A stretch of DNA of 63,205 bases, filler included, from Chiloscyllium plagiosum (taxonomy: Eukaryota): NCBI RefSeq assembly GCF_004010195.1. It is 3 parts of one record of this genome, joined end to end, with 100 filler letters (N's around TTAATTAATTAA, not from the genome) between each part and the next. Parts side by side here need not be neighbours in the genome. Positions count along the whole stretch, not along the records: positions 26,016 to 49,515 come from NC_057716.1; 2 more parts are not named here. One strand, given 5' to 3'. Both the position numbers and the translations under genes were made by a program. The notes beneath the pieces are model-generated. The model was not told the DNA's origin. It was given only the letters and a program-made list of their open reading frames with translations, and made no database searches. Below, in pieces: positions 26,878-40,170 of the stretch (positions within the stretch are counted from its first letter, which is position 1; the number at the start of each line of letters is the position of its first letter).

Positions 26878-27238
26878 TTAAAATTCACACAACACCAGGT
26901 TATAGTCCAACAGATTTATTTGGAAGCATTAGCTTTCGGCGCGCCACTCCTTCATCAGGTGAGTATGGAGAATAGGATTGTAACTGAAATTATATATTGA
27001 AAAAGACCCGGATTGTTTGTTAAGTCTTTCACCTTTTAGAATGATCATGTTAATTTCAATTTCATCACACTGTAAACTTTTGCTATAAATTCTGTGTCTT
27101 ACAATCTTTTTTCCACAATCAGCTGATGAAGGAGCAGCGCGCCGAAAGCTAGTGCTTCCAAATAAATCTGTTGGACTATAACCTGGTGTTGTGTGACTTT
27201 TAACTTTGTATACCCCAGTCCAACGTCTCCAAATCATG
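26878..27238. mobile_element. PLE fold-back mini-element (subfamily B), 85 nt into the intron after the 45-nt EPB41L5 exon
   Basis: Inverted arms, each with a hammerhead-like motif (minus about 26928-26961; plus 27120-27154). TSD ttttcaactg (26868-26877 and 27239-27248). Confidence 0.85.
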
Positions 27239-27323
27239 TTTTCAACTGGTGCAGGAATGATGAACCGAAGGGCCTTTTTCTGTGCTGTAGACCTCGATGA
27301 CTCAAATACTAAACAACACTTAC

Positions 27324-27368
27324 TTGCCACTCAGGATGTCCTGCTTCAACTGAAGTACAAATAGGTAC
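27324..27368 (-). CDS. EPB41L5: EPB41L5 coding exon (equivalent to human exon 6): (R)YLFVLQLKQDILSG(K)
   Basis: 45-nt exon, phase 2/2. Acceptor gtttatctacag, donor CAA|gtaagt. Continues the reading frame into the FERM middle lobe. Confidence 0.96.
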
Positions 27369-27541
27369 CTGTAGATAAACAAGGAAGCACAGTCAAAACT
27401 TTAACCAAACCCACTGGAAGGTCATCTTATAACCTTAAAAAAATACAGCAAGTTAAGGTCCAAAATGGCACTGACTGCATGAGGATGTTGGAATCAGATT
27501 CAATAATAAATCCCATAAAAGTAAATAGATAAATGCATATA

Positions 27542-27700
27542 GTGAACAAAGAACAAAGAACCTTACAGCACAGCAACAGGCCCTCCGGCTCACCAAGCCT
27601 GCGCCAATCCAGATCCTCTATCTAAACCTGTCACTTACTCTCTAAGGATCTGTATCCCTCTACTCCCTGCCACATTCATGTATCTGTCTAGATACATCTT
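27542..27700 (-). mobile_element. CR1 3' tail
   Basis: gaacaaagaacaaagaa tail plus 3' UTR resembling 50766-50920. Confidence 0.75.
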
Positions 27701-29309
27701 ATGGTTGGATTATTATTTCGAAGAGCTACCATGGAGAGGATGGGCTCTATAGGCCTTCTTCTGCACAGACTACAGACGCAAGACAAATTGACAGGCTGCA
27801 TGCTTAACCCATGCCAAATGCTTAGGGAACAATTCTATATGCAACCTAAGATAAGGAAAGGTCACCCCTCAAAACGAGAAACTACAGGCTGATTTGCTCT
27901 TTGACAACCAGCAGGGAAAAGAAAATCCCAGAAACACCATCAAACACAGGAAGGACTTTAGTGCTTCAAATCGATGTCATGGTGGTTTGGTCACGTGACT
28001 GAAGGCAGCTTTATCAAGGGTCAGTGTGTGACAGTCTTAATGTCACCCAGGGGACAGAAGCAGGCAGAAAGGTCACGGAAACTAGCAATCCAAAACAGGC
28101 CAGGTCATCACGGTCAATCAATCCATTTCATGGCCTAGTTCCAATTATCTCAAGGACTAAAAGCAGACTATTTGGACTGGATGCCATTACAGCTTTAATA
28201 GTAGATGTATCCAGGTAAATAAACATGATCAGTGACTCAGTAAAAAACAGAAAATCGGTCAAGAGGTTCAAACCACATCAAATTAAACATAAACCGAATT
28301 GTTAAAAGGCATTTGCAACAATTTGAGCGACCCTCCACCCATTTGGATGAGTGCTGCAACCAGGCATATTTACCCTTCCAACACATCATTACCTCCCCTC
28401 CACTTGCACCCTCTACTGCTGCCCCTCAATGGTATCCTCACTGCTCCCGAAGACATTGCCTATGGATCTGTATCCTAACTCAAGCCAATGAAGGTCAGGC
28501 TTTACCCTCCCCACTTCTTCACTACCTTTGAACAAAGCACAATGTCCTATCACCTACAGCAGCACAGCCAAGCCCCCAAGCCCAATACTCACCTGGACTG
28601 GACACCTATGTGTGTCCAGTGAATGCAATTAAGGCCAAGATTCCTGGATGATTATGCCCTGCATTCTCAGTCAGGCCCATGTCAACCCCAGAAGAACAGA
28701 GGCCAAGTGAAGTTCATTCTACTGCTGCCGCTCAATCAACTCAGCTCCATTGAAAAGGGGACCAAACCCAATAGCTTCTTGGGGTGAGAGTATCAGAGAC
28801 ATCTCGAATATCACAGGTAGCAAAGCAGCCAAAAAGAGCATTACAGGCAGTGTTAATTTCCATTTGAGATTAGTTTTGGAGACAAAGATTACAAGTACTT
28901 TCCACGTCCTTGGAAATCTTTCCCTCTCATGAATGAAGCATCGCATTGTCAGGGACAGATATTTACATGGGAAAAAAATCTATCATGAACACCAAGAACG
29001 TTACCATTCCATTATCCCTCCCAGGTTTTGTTATTGCATGGAGATTTATATTTGTTCTGTGCAGGCCTACAGGTTCCAGCATGTATATTTTTAAAGAGGC
29101 ACTGAACTGTAGCTAGCACTGAACATTCTTGCATACACACTATGGGGGAATTGCCATCTCGGGACTGAACACACATCTCCCTCTGGAAATGACCCTGCTG
29201 GAAATTAAAGGCACCAAGTCCCTCAATACCATAATTTCCTAAAGGCAGTTCTGCAAATGGGCCTTTTGCACACTGCTCCGGTTCCTACTGCAGACTTTAC
29301 CAGACAGTA

Positions 29310-29514
29310 AGGCAAAAGTGAGGACTGCAGATGCTGGAAATCAGAGTCTAGATTAGAGTGGTGCTGGAAAAGCACAGCAGGTCAGGTAGCATCCGAGGAG
29401 CAGGAAAATCGATGTTTCGGGCAAAAGCCCTTCATCAGGACTGACTTTTGCCCGAAACGCGATTTTCCTGCTCCTCAGATGCTGCCTGATTTGCTGTGCT
29501 TTTCCAGCACAACC
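29310..29514. mobile_element. PLE fold-back mini-element (subfamily A) in an EPB41L5 intron
   Basis: Inverted arms turn at about 29440. TSD ctttaccagacagta / ctttatcagacaata (29295-29309 and 29515-29529). Confidence 0.88.
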
Positions 29515-30005
29515 CTTTATCAGACAATACTCCAGTTACTGAACAGTGTACAACAGTCATCCAGAATTGAAACAGATCTCAGCAAGGGATCAGAAGACTC
29601 TCAGCCTCGAATTGGTTGAAGCGGTCTCCAACCTGATTGCCCATGCTTTGTGGCAATCACAAGCGGGTTGGCCATTAGACATTCTGCATTTAGCACAGGT
29701 TGGAAAAAATGGGGAGAAAATGGATACAAGGGTTCCTATGGCTGATCAGTAGCCAGCTATTAGGAAAGTGAGAATCTGAGTGACTTGCCTTGGCGGCGAA
29801 GACTGTTTCAGAACATTGAGTATGACAGGAGTAATGGCTCAGCAATTTGCACCCCAACCACCAGAGTCTATGTCCTCTCAAGAGGAAGAGAAGCAAGAAA
29901 GTTTTTTATGGAAATAATTGGCAACTGTTGCCAAGTCATACCAAAAGGCCTTTAATCAGATACGATCACTGAAGTAAAAGCTACAAAAACAAAACCACAC
30001 CTTAC

Positions 30006-30084
30006 CTTGTTAACTCTTCACGAAGATTATTTGGTTCAGAGGAGTAAAACTTCACCCGCAAATGAAGGCAGTACGGCGAGCCAA
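30006..30084 (-). CDS. EPB41L5: EPB41L5 coding exon (equivalent to human exon 5): (I)[25 protein letters not shown](R)
   Basis: 79-nt exon, phase 1/2. Acceptor ccccttgcag, donor AAG|gtaagg. The peptide matches the EPB41L5 FERM segment; EPB41L4B has GPAYALHFRVKYY here as I recall it. Confidence 0.97.
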
Positions 30085-31945
30085 CTGCAAGGGGCATGTT
30101 AAAATTAAACAACTCCGCACATAAACCACAACAAAAATAATCCAACTTCTTAGACACTATTTCAAATCGGAGAAAATGCAACCACTCAATCTAATCGTCC
30201 GAACAGAGAGCAGAAAAGGAGTTTTAACATTCACCAACCTATTCCTTTCTACACACGGAAGGTCTCTGAGGTTTCTTTGTACAACCTCTGCAGAGCCAGC
30301 TGTAGCAGCGTGAAACTTTGTGGAATTTAAAATGCAAATAAGTCACAACAAAAAATAACTCACTTGGCCTTTTTCTGCAATGGGACCTGCTGGATCAGCA
30401 TCACCTCATCAGAAGCAAGCCCTACCTTCAAAACTGCTCACAAGGGCTTTTGGTCAACTTGATCTTCCAGGAACGGCCATCAAATTGCTTTCACTTTTTA
30501 AAAACAATTTGGTGAATAAGTGCAACATAACTTGTGTGCTTCTGTCTAAAATGTTTTTTGATCTGTATATCCCTGCTTACTATGATCTGCCTATACTACT
30601 CATAAACAAAGCTTTTCACTGTACTGCAGTAGACTTGACAAAAAAAATCAAATCAAATAAAATGAATGGGAGATGTTTTCATTCTTGAGGTCCTCCTGGC
30701 TCAATTCCCAAATGATTAGGTTTGTTTACACTTCTCCTTTGCACTGATTCGTGCACCTTGCCCACTTTGAATTGATCAGAAGTCACAAGCACAGAACTAG
30801 GCCATTCAGTGCACTGAGTCTTCTCCACCATGCCATGCGTTCATGGTTGATCTGATAACCCTCCACCCCACTTTCATACCTTTTCTCTCATAATCTTAGA
30901 TTCCCTTAGTGATTAAAAATCTATCTCAATCGTGAATATGTTTAACAACCCACCCTCAACAGCAATGCTTTCCATAGACTCACTACCCCAGAGAGAAGGA
31001 ATTCCTCCTCACATCTCTTTTTGACATGTGTGACCCCTTCATCTGAGATCCTGCCATCTATTCCTCGACTTTCCCCACAAAAGGGGAATAATCTTTCTGC
31101 ATCTACCCTGTCATGTCCCAAAGAGTCTTGTATGGTAAATAACGTCGCCTCACATTCTTCCCTCTCTCCTATCCCAGATTGGTCCAGACACCCCTCGCTC
31201 TTCCACCATTTCTCCAGCCATGTACTTCCTCAACACATTAGCATACAGGCACTAAATATAAAGATTAAAAAGAGGACCTTAAAGTTAGGAATGTCCTCCC
31301 TGACGCCTCAGTGTCTGGCTGAACGTCAAAAAAAAAACTTTGCCTTCCCCACATGGACCATAACGTCTGGCTATTTTACATTATCTCTCCTCTGAAAATG
31401 TTCTGGCCTTCTTAGTTACCTCTGGCATCAACACATATTGATAAATGTAGAAAGGCCTTTCTAACCACATTAATAATGAATCCCCACTCCATTTCCACAC
31501 TTTCTGGTGCTTGTGACTTCATTTGTCCCACACTGCTACAGATGTGCTTTAGACTGCAACCCCCTGCCCTCATCTGGGTTATCTGGTAGTCATCAAAACT
31601 GGTTTGAAAGTGCTACTCTCCCAAAGAATTCAGCACAGTCCTGCCCCCTCCCCATGATTGGACAACCACCCACTTCCTATTCCATTGATTTATGCTGCAG
31701 AGTGAACACCAGGCACTCCCAAAAATACCCAGCTTCTTGCACATCTTACAGTGACCTCAGCCACCACTTGGCTTCAGGTCTGAACAGTCGGAGCTAATTC
31801 CTGAGCCCGGGGTGGCTGACGCACACAAAGTGTCCGAGAAGCACCAAATACCAAGAGAGTCCCTTGCGCAAGATTCCCTCACTCTCAGATCCTACTTCAG
31901 AGACTGAAACATTTGCAATAGCTTTGGGGAAAAAAAAAAACTTAC

Positions 31946-31988
31946 TTTTCACTTGCTTCTTAATGCTCTTGGTGTTATCCAACCAATG
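31946..31988 (-). CDS. EPB41L5: EPB41L5 coding exon (equivalent to human exon 4): HWLDNTKSIKKQVK(I)
   Basis: 43-nt exon, phase 0/1. Acceptor ttttatgttgcag, donor AAAA|gtaagt. In frame with both neighbouring exons. Confidence 0.96.
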
Positions 31989-33007
31989 CTGCAACATAAA
32001 ATACAGATAGACATAGATTATGTTCAACAAGAGCCAGCAGACCGTGTAGAAGCAGTGAGCACCCCTGACTTACTCTCCCATCATACAGAGGCGTTAGGGA
32101 CCTGGTACCAGACCAATCTTGCTTCTTCTCATGAACGAAGCAGCGAAACGATTCAATGCACTCACACAATGACAACATTTTCAGATTCTGAAGTAAACAT
32201 ATGATATACTGAACACAATTACTCAGTTTTAAATAGCTGTTAGAGCCCATCATAACTGACTGGGACAATGAGCTGAAGGAAATAGATCATGTGGGGGGGG
32301 TGGTAGGAATGTGGAAGTCTGCTTAATTCTGGCATAGTCAGTGGCACAGGAGTAACATTAAAACACTTTCAGACAATTAAATGACAGACACCCTTCCCTT
32401 CAGTCCACTGCTCTATCATTTTGTGATGCAGAAGATGATCCTGAAAGGTTAAGTCTTTTCTCCTCTCTTTCCACATAAGCGCTGTCTGCCCTGCTCAGTG
32501 TTCCCAGCATTTTATGTTTTTATTGCATCTTGCCAGCGCCCGCAACATTTTACTTTTGCCTCACAAGTGGCTTCGCATTTCTGATGACGATAGGACAGGA
32601 GCTGGAAAATAGTTTGCCTGCTTTTGTTTTAGCTTCTCAAATGGCCTGTCTGCTCAAGGTCAGCATTTTGACATTTAAAAAGGAAGAAAACGAGTTTAAA
32701 ATAAAGCAGATCGAAATTGGTGCACAATATGAACCTTTCCAATCTGTTGATGAAAATAAGAATTGGAATGGGTGCTGCATGAGCAGGATAATTCTCTGTA
32801 TCAGTTCACTTCCCAAATTATGGGGAAAAGATATTCGCAGTGAATCTTGGAAACAGGTACTATTCCACCTAGGAGGGACAGTGTTTAAGAACTTTGTGCA
32901 TAATGCTAACCAAGGCAGGGAACTCATAGTAGTTGTAAAAGTTCAATCAAGGGTCTGGTAAATTATCTCTAAAACTATTAATTTGTTACTATTTGTTCAA
33001 GGCCTGA

Positions 33008-33087
33008 GGAGAAAGAGAGAAAAGAGAGAAAAGGGAGAAAAGGGAGAAAAGGGAGAAAAGGGAGAAAAGGGAGAAAAGGGAGAAAAA
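33008..33087 (+). repeat. 9-bp purine minisatellite (GGGAGAAAA)n
   Basis: Direct reading; about 9 units. Confidence 0.95.
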
Positions 33088-33839
33088 ACAGCAGCAAAAA
33101 TGATACAGGTTATTAAACTGTCCATTTCCTTTATCATCTCCCTTTTTTGCTGTTCAGGGACAAATACCGTTGCTTAGAACCAAAGTTGATCCCAGTAAAA
33201 CCATCAGATAGCAATAAAAAGATTGTGTCAACATTTCACATCACGTGGCTATTTTTAAAAGGAATGCAGCACTGCTTGCAGCATTTCAAAGTGAAATCAA
33301 CCTTTGGAAACAGATCTACTTCCAAAAATGTTTCAATAACTCATCAAAATAAAAATCAGTCTGCCTGCAAAAGCTCACATCAATCAGATTTAAGTAACAC
33401 TCACCAATCATCCAATGTCAAGTGAACACTTCAAATTAGAAGTGAATTCTGGTTTGGAGTTATAAACTATGAACTGTAACCCTGTGCCCAAGGGGAAAGG
33501 GTGTTCCAGAACCAGACATGACCTTATTCCTCTGCATCCCCTCCCCGCCCACTCATCCCAGGCCTGTTTTCTTTCAGCTCCTCCGCATTCCAACGCTGGA
33601 CATGCAAAAGCTCTTAGCCAAGGAACAAATGTGCGTTTTGTTTAAAAAGCTACTGAAAGCTCAAATCATCAGCTTTCAATATTCTTACATGAAACAGCTC
33701 CGTGCATTATCCAAGCAAAACAGAGACCCAATATCTAAATATCCTCCTCAACACTGGCTGGAAAGTTAAATTGCTTACACAGAAAATCTGCAATTCCTTC
33801 AGAGAGAGAAAGAAAAGTGAGTTTTGCTTCACATATTCA

Positions 33840-35560
33840 TTTTTATTCACTTGTGTGATGTGGGCATCGCTGGCTGGCCAGCATTTATTGCCTGTCTCTA
33901 AGTGTCTTTGAGAAGGTGGTGGTCAGCTGCCACTTTTAAATATGGCAGTCTATTTAGTGTGGGTAGACCCACAATGAGTTTAGGGAGGGGCTTGCAGGAT
34001 TTTGACCTAGTAGCAGCGAAGACATCATAATATATTTCCAAGTCAAGATGGTGAGTGGCTTGAAGGGGAACTTGCTGGTAATGTTGTTCCCATGTATCTG
34101 TTGTCTTTCTTCTTCAAGGTGGAAGTGGTCACGGGTTTGGAAGGTGCTGTCTGAGGATCTTTGACGAATTTCTACAGTGCATCTTGTAGATGGTATACAC
34201 TGCTGCTACTGTGCATCAGTGGTGGAGGGAACGGATGTTTGTAGATGGTGTCAAGCACCATCTACACCATCTCCTGAGTCTTGTTGAAGCTGCACTCATC
34301 CAGGCAAGTGCAGAGTATTCCATCACGTTCATGACTTGTGCCTTGTAGATGGTGGACAGGCTTTGGGGGAATCAAAAGGTGAGCCCATCAGCACAGCATT
34401 CCTAGCCTCAGACTTGCTTTTGTAGCCACTGTATTAAGCTTCTGCTCAATGGTAACCCCGAGGATATTGATAGTGGGGGATTCAGTGATGGTAATACCAG
34501 TGAATGTGAAGGGTGATGGTTAGATTGCCTCTTATTGGAGATGGGCAGCATGCATGGCTCAGTGATGAGCACTGCTGCCTCACAGCGCCAGAGACCCGGG
34601 TTCAATTCCTGCCTCGGGCTACTGTCTGTGTGGACATTGCACATTCTCCCAGTATCTGAGTGGGTTTCCTCCGGGTGCTCTGATTGCTTCCCACAATCCA
34701 AAGATGTGCAGTTCAGGTGAATTGGCGATGCTAAATTGCCCATCGTGTTAGGTGCATTAGTCAGAGGGAAATGGGCCAGGGTGGGTTACTCTTCGGAGGG
34801 TTGGTGTGGACTTGTTGGGCCAAAGAGCCTGTTTCCATACTGTAGGGAAACTAACCTAATGGATAAAGCCTGGCATTTGTGTGACATGAATGTTACTTGC
34901 CACTTGCCAGACCAAGTCTTGATATTGCCCAGGATATTGTTGCATTTGAACATGGTATTTGATGAGTCATGAATGGTGCGGACCACTGCAATCATCCCGA
35001 CATTTGACCTTATGATGGAGGGAAGATTATTGATGAAGCAGCTGAAGATGATTGAGCCTAGCACACTATCCTGAGGAACTCCTGCAGATATGTCCTGGAC
35101 CTGAGATGACTGACCTCCAGCAACTTATGACCATCTTTCTACGTGCCAGCTGAGAGTTTGTCCCCTGATACCCATTGATTCCAGTTTTGCTAGAGCTCCC
35201 TGATGCCATACTTGGGTGAATGAGCCTTAATGTCAAGGGCTGTCACTCTCACCTCACTTCTGGAATTCAGCTCATTTGTCCACGTTTGAACCAATGCTGT
35301 AATAAGGTCAGTAGCTGAGTGGCCCTGGTGGAACCCAAGCCCGACATCACTGAGCAGGTTATTACTGAGCAGGTGCTGCTTGTAGCACTGCTGATGACAC
35401 CTTCCATCACTTGACTGATTTTTTGAGAATAGACTGATGGGACAGTAATTGGCTGAATTGGATTTCTCCTGCTATTTATGTACTGGACATATTTGGACAA
35501 TTTTCCACATTGCCAGGTAGATACCAATGTTTTAGCAGTATCAGAACACAGCATAGCACT
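33840..35560 (-). mobile_element. L2-clade LINE 3' portion, interrupted by an HE1 SINE
   Basis: 'LGSIIFSCFINNLPSIIRS...WQVTFMSHKCQ' RT motifs. L2-type tail (gggcatcgctggctggccagcatttattgcc) at about 33860. Confidence 0.8.
34543..34859 (+). mobile_element. HE1-type SINE
   Basis: tRNA-like head (tggctcagtgatgagc...gggttcaattcc), V-domain and CR1-like tail. Confidence 0.9.
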
Positions 35561-36268
35561 GAAAGCCTTACCTGTATCAGGAACATAGAAGCACTCAAAC
35601 CTGGCATCTGAGCATTCAATTAAATCTTTCACAGATCAAATGCATTAAAAGGAAACATCAGGAATTTAGATGGAAGTAGGTTTTCGTTATTTTCCACTTC
35701 TTCTGTGCTTACTAAGTACTGTTTGGGTTCTCACAAGGGGAGGAACTTTATTCCCTGTAGGTAGAAATGAAGGGTGGCACCATTTTTGGGTCCTGCACTC
35801 AACTGCAATGTGCCACTGAGGAGACCTTTCCTCAGCCACCTCCATCTCTGGAAGTGCTGTCCACTTGCTGCTCTGCAGGCACTAGCCCAACTATCAGGGC
35901 CTACAGTTTTGGGAGGACAGTGACAGCCTCACCGGCAGAGGCAAGCACTGCCACTGCAGGAGGGCAAATGTGTTGATGCATCAATCACGCTTCCCTTGAA
36001 GGGGCTTCAATGTTTACAAATACACAGGCTACAGAACTGCCCAGCCCACCCTGTGGATGGGAATTCCCTTGGACGACCTTCAACCACAGCTGGAGCCCAG
36101 TGATTCCTGTTGAGATTGGGTTGGCTGGGTGGGTGGGGGAAGAGTTGTTAGGATCTGCAAAATCTCAACCTCACCACAAGCCACCTCTAGGTAGCTGCCA
36201 ACTTGTTGATGATAGGGGGCAGTGATTGTTCCCAAAGGCAACCCAGCCTGCCAAGATCACCAAGTTGA

Positions 36269-36425
36269 TGAAAGTGAGTACTTGCAGATGCTGGAGATCA
36301 GAGTCAAGCTTAGAGTAGTGCCGGAAAAGCACAGCAGGTCAGGCAGCATCCAAGGAGCAGGAAAATCGATGTTTCAGGCAAAGGCCCCCCTGCCTGACCT
36401 CCTGTGCTTTTCCAGCACTACTCTA
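36269..36425. mobile_element. PLE fold-back mini-element (subfamily A)
   Basis: Inverted arms. Perfect 16-bp TSD aagatcaccaagttga (36253-36268 and 36426-36441). Confidence 0.88.
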
Positions 36426-36767
36426 AAGATCACCAAGTTGACACAACGTGTTGCGCAGCTGACTCAACACGTGTTTTGAAAATTCCTCTCAGTATTCCTC
36501 TCTCTGCCTCCGCAGAAACTACCTGAAGAGTGAGAGTTAACCAAATCCAAATCCAACCTTTCTCCAGATAGGAGAAGAGATAATGTGAAAAATGTGATTA
36601 TCCAAAAGAGTTTTTGGGCTATTCCTTGAAAATAAGGAAATAAATCTGAGCTTCCAATACGGAGAATGCTCAACAAATAAATTACAAAACGCTGACTAAA
36701 TAATCATTTTCATTTCACTAACTGCCATATATCTACGTAGACAAGACAAATACTTTAAGCATCTTAC

Positions 36768-36872
36768 CGCTACTTGGGCAGAATCCATGAACCTAAGGCC
36801 AAAATAGTCTTTCTCAATGATGTCGAGATGGTACATGATTTGCTCAAAAAGCTCCTGGCCTTTCGCTTTTTT
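36768..36872 (-). CDS. EPB41L5: EPB41L5 internal coding exon (equivalent to human exon 3), FERM N-lobe: [35 protein letters not shown]
   Basis: 105-nt exon, phase 0/0. Acceptor ttttcttgtgttttttag, donor GCG|gtaaga. Translation closely matches the human EPB41L5 sequence as I recall it ([35 protein letters not shown]) and fits it better than the paralogue EPB41L4B. Confidence 0.96.
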
Positions 36873-39509
36873 CTAAAAAACACAAGAAAACATCAAAGCA
36901 GAATGTTCAGCAACTCAGATTTGAATAGCTTCAAATTTCAAAAGGAACCTTTGTTTTTAAACCATAAATCAGACATCAAAATTGGTTTGATTCAATGAAC
37001 AAAATTAGGACAGCAATCAATAAATATTACTGACCTTTCAAAAGGATGAAAATTAGCAATTTTGCTTAAAAGCAAGCCAACATAGCCTGAATGCACTAAT
37101 AAATTACACTAATGACCAATTTAAGATAAATCGGTCAAGCTGGTAGTGTAATAGAAGGGACAGATTCATAAGCAGTGACCCATTCTCTACAGACTGAAGG
37201 GATTTATTTGTTCAAGCTGTCCACCTTCTTTGAATAGCTGGGGAGCTTGGGGAGGTTCTTAGCTGGTCCACACTGCGTTTTCCTTGTTAATAACTTGGCC
37301 AATCAGGGATGACTGGCCTACCAATTAATATCCAACAAAAGTGGTCACCGACCTCCAGTTTGAGAATTCCAATTGACCCAGTGTTCACAGGCACCTACGA
37401 GGAGTGCATTTCTCAATCCCACCCCTAAAAGGTAAGTTCAAATTTTAAGATTACATCCCATACTCCATAAATTAAATGATACGTGAAGGAAAGGTTAAAT
37501 TAGATTTGAGCAGAAAGTGCAGAACCAGCTCAGCAAGTCAGGCAGCATCCTCACGAACAGAGAGGGTTAACACATCGGGGTGTTCACCTTTCATCCGAAT
37601 GTCCTTTCATCAGAACCATCAACGTGAAACATTGGCTGTGTTTCCCTCACCTCAGGTTCTGCCCATCTGGCTGGGCTTACCCAGCATCCAAAGAAATTTG
37701 TCTTCATTTATAAATTAGATTCACTTCAAGTGCAGAATCCCAAGCTATTCATGCAATTCCCATTTAAATCCCATCCATTTACTTGAAGGTCAATGATCAG
37801 AAAGTGGTAGGAATGAGGTTTAAGATCTGAAGAAAGAGACACATTGCAAATATAATGCGAACATTGGTAGCAGCATTATTTTTGAGAATGAGAACCTCAA
37901 GAAAAACATTGGAGTATTAATCTGTAACTAAATTAAATGAGACACTGTGCGAATGAGTGTAAGCTGACAAATCTGAGATTGACTTCAAACAGCCAATTAG
38001 GACGAATTCTTAAAGAAGAAAATTCTGAAGAGTTTTGAAAGAGTGGACAGACAAGCTATTAGATCCAGAGTGACCAACCCAGAGCTTGGTGGGCACACTG
38101 CTACCAACCTGGGTCCATAAACCACCTCCTATTCCAGAATTTCCATCGATATAGTCCTTTCCCACTCAGGTATGTATCTACCTTTCCCTGAAAGTGTTCA
38201 CATCACCCACTCCATGTGATAACAAGCTCCACACACTCAATCACCTTCTGTGTAAAAGTCCCTAGCTTCTTGCTGGACATCACTGATGACCATCTCATAC
38301 TGCAAGAGTGATTACAGTTTCTGTAACAAGGGTTGCTGGCTTCACTCTTTAGATAACTGCTTACTGCACATTATCTCAGGTTACTTGCAAGAAAGAAAGC
38401 ACACATTTCTTTAAAAAAAGTTGCATACGCCCTGACTGAAACAGAAATCACATCAATCAATCATGTCAGGTGAAGACTAACTGTAGCCTTTAAGCCAGCT
38501 TGCTTGCAATTGGCTGGATTTTGCAGACTAACTGTGATTTTGGGCTGCATTTTGAATTCTGTATTCTGCCTGCCCGAACATTTTAACAAGCAATGTCATG
38601 GTGTTGGACAGGCAGGCAGTGCCCTTCAACCCCAGGCTGATGTGCTCCAGTAGTGAAGTGATGACAGGCATCGAGATTACTGCTTCCAGTCTTCAGTCTA
38701 ATGGCAGCAGTTCTAACAAGTCCAAAATACCATGGTGCAACTGCTTTCTCTACAGCAACTGCTCAATCTGAGAGGCACCGTCTGCCTATCCTCCTCTGCA
38801 CGATAAAACACAAACACATTCTATAAAACAGGATTGTCACTGAAAAACTGTGTCTGGGTGTACAGGGCACTCTTTCTCATCATTAACTTTATCTCCTCAA
38901 ACGATTGTGGCAATTGCCAATGGCACTGAATGGGTTAGTGACATTAAATAAGTTATTCTATCCATTCAGACATTATGGGCGGGGAGGGGTGTACTGAACA
39001 CTCATGCCTCTCATTGACAGATTAAAAGATATATTATTGCATACCTCTGAAGCAGGTGGGACTTGAATCCTGGCCTCCTGGTCTAGCGTTAGGGATATTA
39101 CTACTATGTCACAAAAGCCCCATTGCCTGATTTGACACTAACGCTAATAATAGCGCTCAGCTGGAAATATTGTATAGTAACCAACAGCAGGGTAAAAGCA
39201 TAAGGAATAACACTACTCAGCTCTTTGAACATGCTACAGAATCATGGCCCACCATCTACCTCAGCTACACTTCTTGGATTACACTCCTATCCTTCAATTC
39301 ACTTCACATCTAAATTCTGACTACTCTCAAGCTTAATATATTCAGGGACTGAGCATTCACAGCTCACTTCAGCAGAGAATTACAACGTTTGCAACATCTT
39401 GACTGATTATTTCTCATTTCACTCCTCAATGGCCAATTACTCATTCCAAGACCTTAACCCCCAGGACCACTTTCCCTGAAAGAAACATCTTTCCAGCACT
39501 GACCTGGGG

Positions 39510-39770
39510 GAAGATGGTGGCAAAGTGGTTTTAACTGTAGATTAGTTATGCAGAAGCCCAGGCTACCCAGCAGCTAGTGGAATTTAAATTCCAAGAATAA
39601 TTCTGGGCGATGAAGCTAGTCCCAATAATGAGGGCCATGACATTTATCAACAATTGTCTTCAGAACCCATCTACTCCTCCAACATACTTTGAGGGAAAAA
39701 GTAGTATTTCTCACCTAGTCTGGCCTACACGTGATTCTGGCCCCAAAACAATGTTTTTGACCCTTACCTA
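39510..39770 (+). mobile_element. Old tRNA-derived SINE (same family as 47930-48420)
   Basis: Shared segments (gctagt..ccatga; ggtctggcctac.gtga.tcc), in opposite orientation to 47930-48420. Confidence 0.55.
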
Positions 39771-39809
39771 TGCTTGTATGGAAAGGTTTACCATACAAGC
39801 ATATTTGAA

Positions 39810-40170
39810 ACACAAGATTCTGAGGGATCTGGACAGGTTGAGTGTGGAGAGGATGTTTCCACTCATGGGAGAAACTAGAACTAGGGATCACTGTTTAAAA
39901 TTAAGAGGGTCACCATCTGAAACAGATTAGGCAAAAAAAAAATTCTCTCAGTGGGTCGGGTGTCTTTGGAACTGTCTTCCTGAAAAGTCTGTGGGAGCAG
40001 ATTCCTTGAAAGCTTCTCAGGCAGAGATAGATAGATTGTTCTTCAGTGAAAAGGTGAAAGATTATCAGGAACAGGCGGGACTGTAGAACTGCAGTTACAA
40101 TCAGGTGAGCCATGATCTTTCTAAGCGGCAGAGCAATCTCAGAGCTGCACAGTCCACTTCCACTCCATGC
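39810..40170 (+). mobile_element. CR1/L2-clade LINE 3' fragment
   Basis: KILRDLDRLSVERMFPLMGETRTRDHCLKLRG. Confidence 0.75.

Noticed and set aside
32983..33177. ORF with (GEK)n resembling a collagen Gly-X-Y repeat
   Set aside because: It is the translation of a perfect 9-bp purine minisatellite with no synonymous variation, antisense within an EPB41L5 intron.
38470..38795. Possible alternative EPB41L5 exon (minus-strand acceptor tgtgttttatcgtgcag; MQPKIT.. in phase 0 with ACA|GTTAGT donors)
   Set aside because: The donors are weak, the peptide resembles nothing I recognise, and such signals arise by chance. RNA-seq would be needed.
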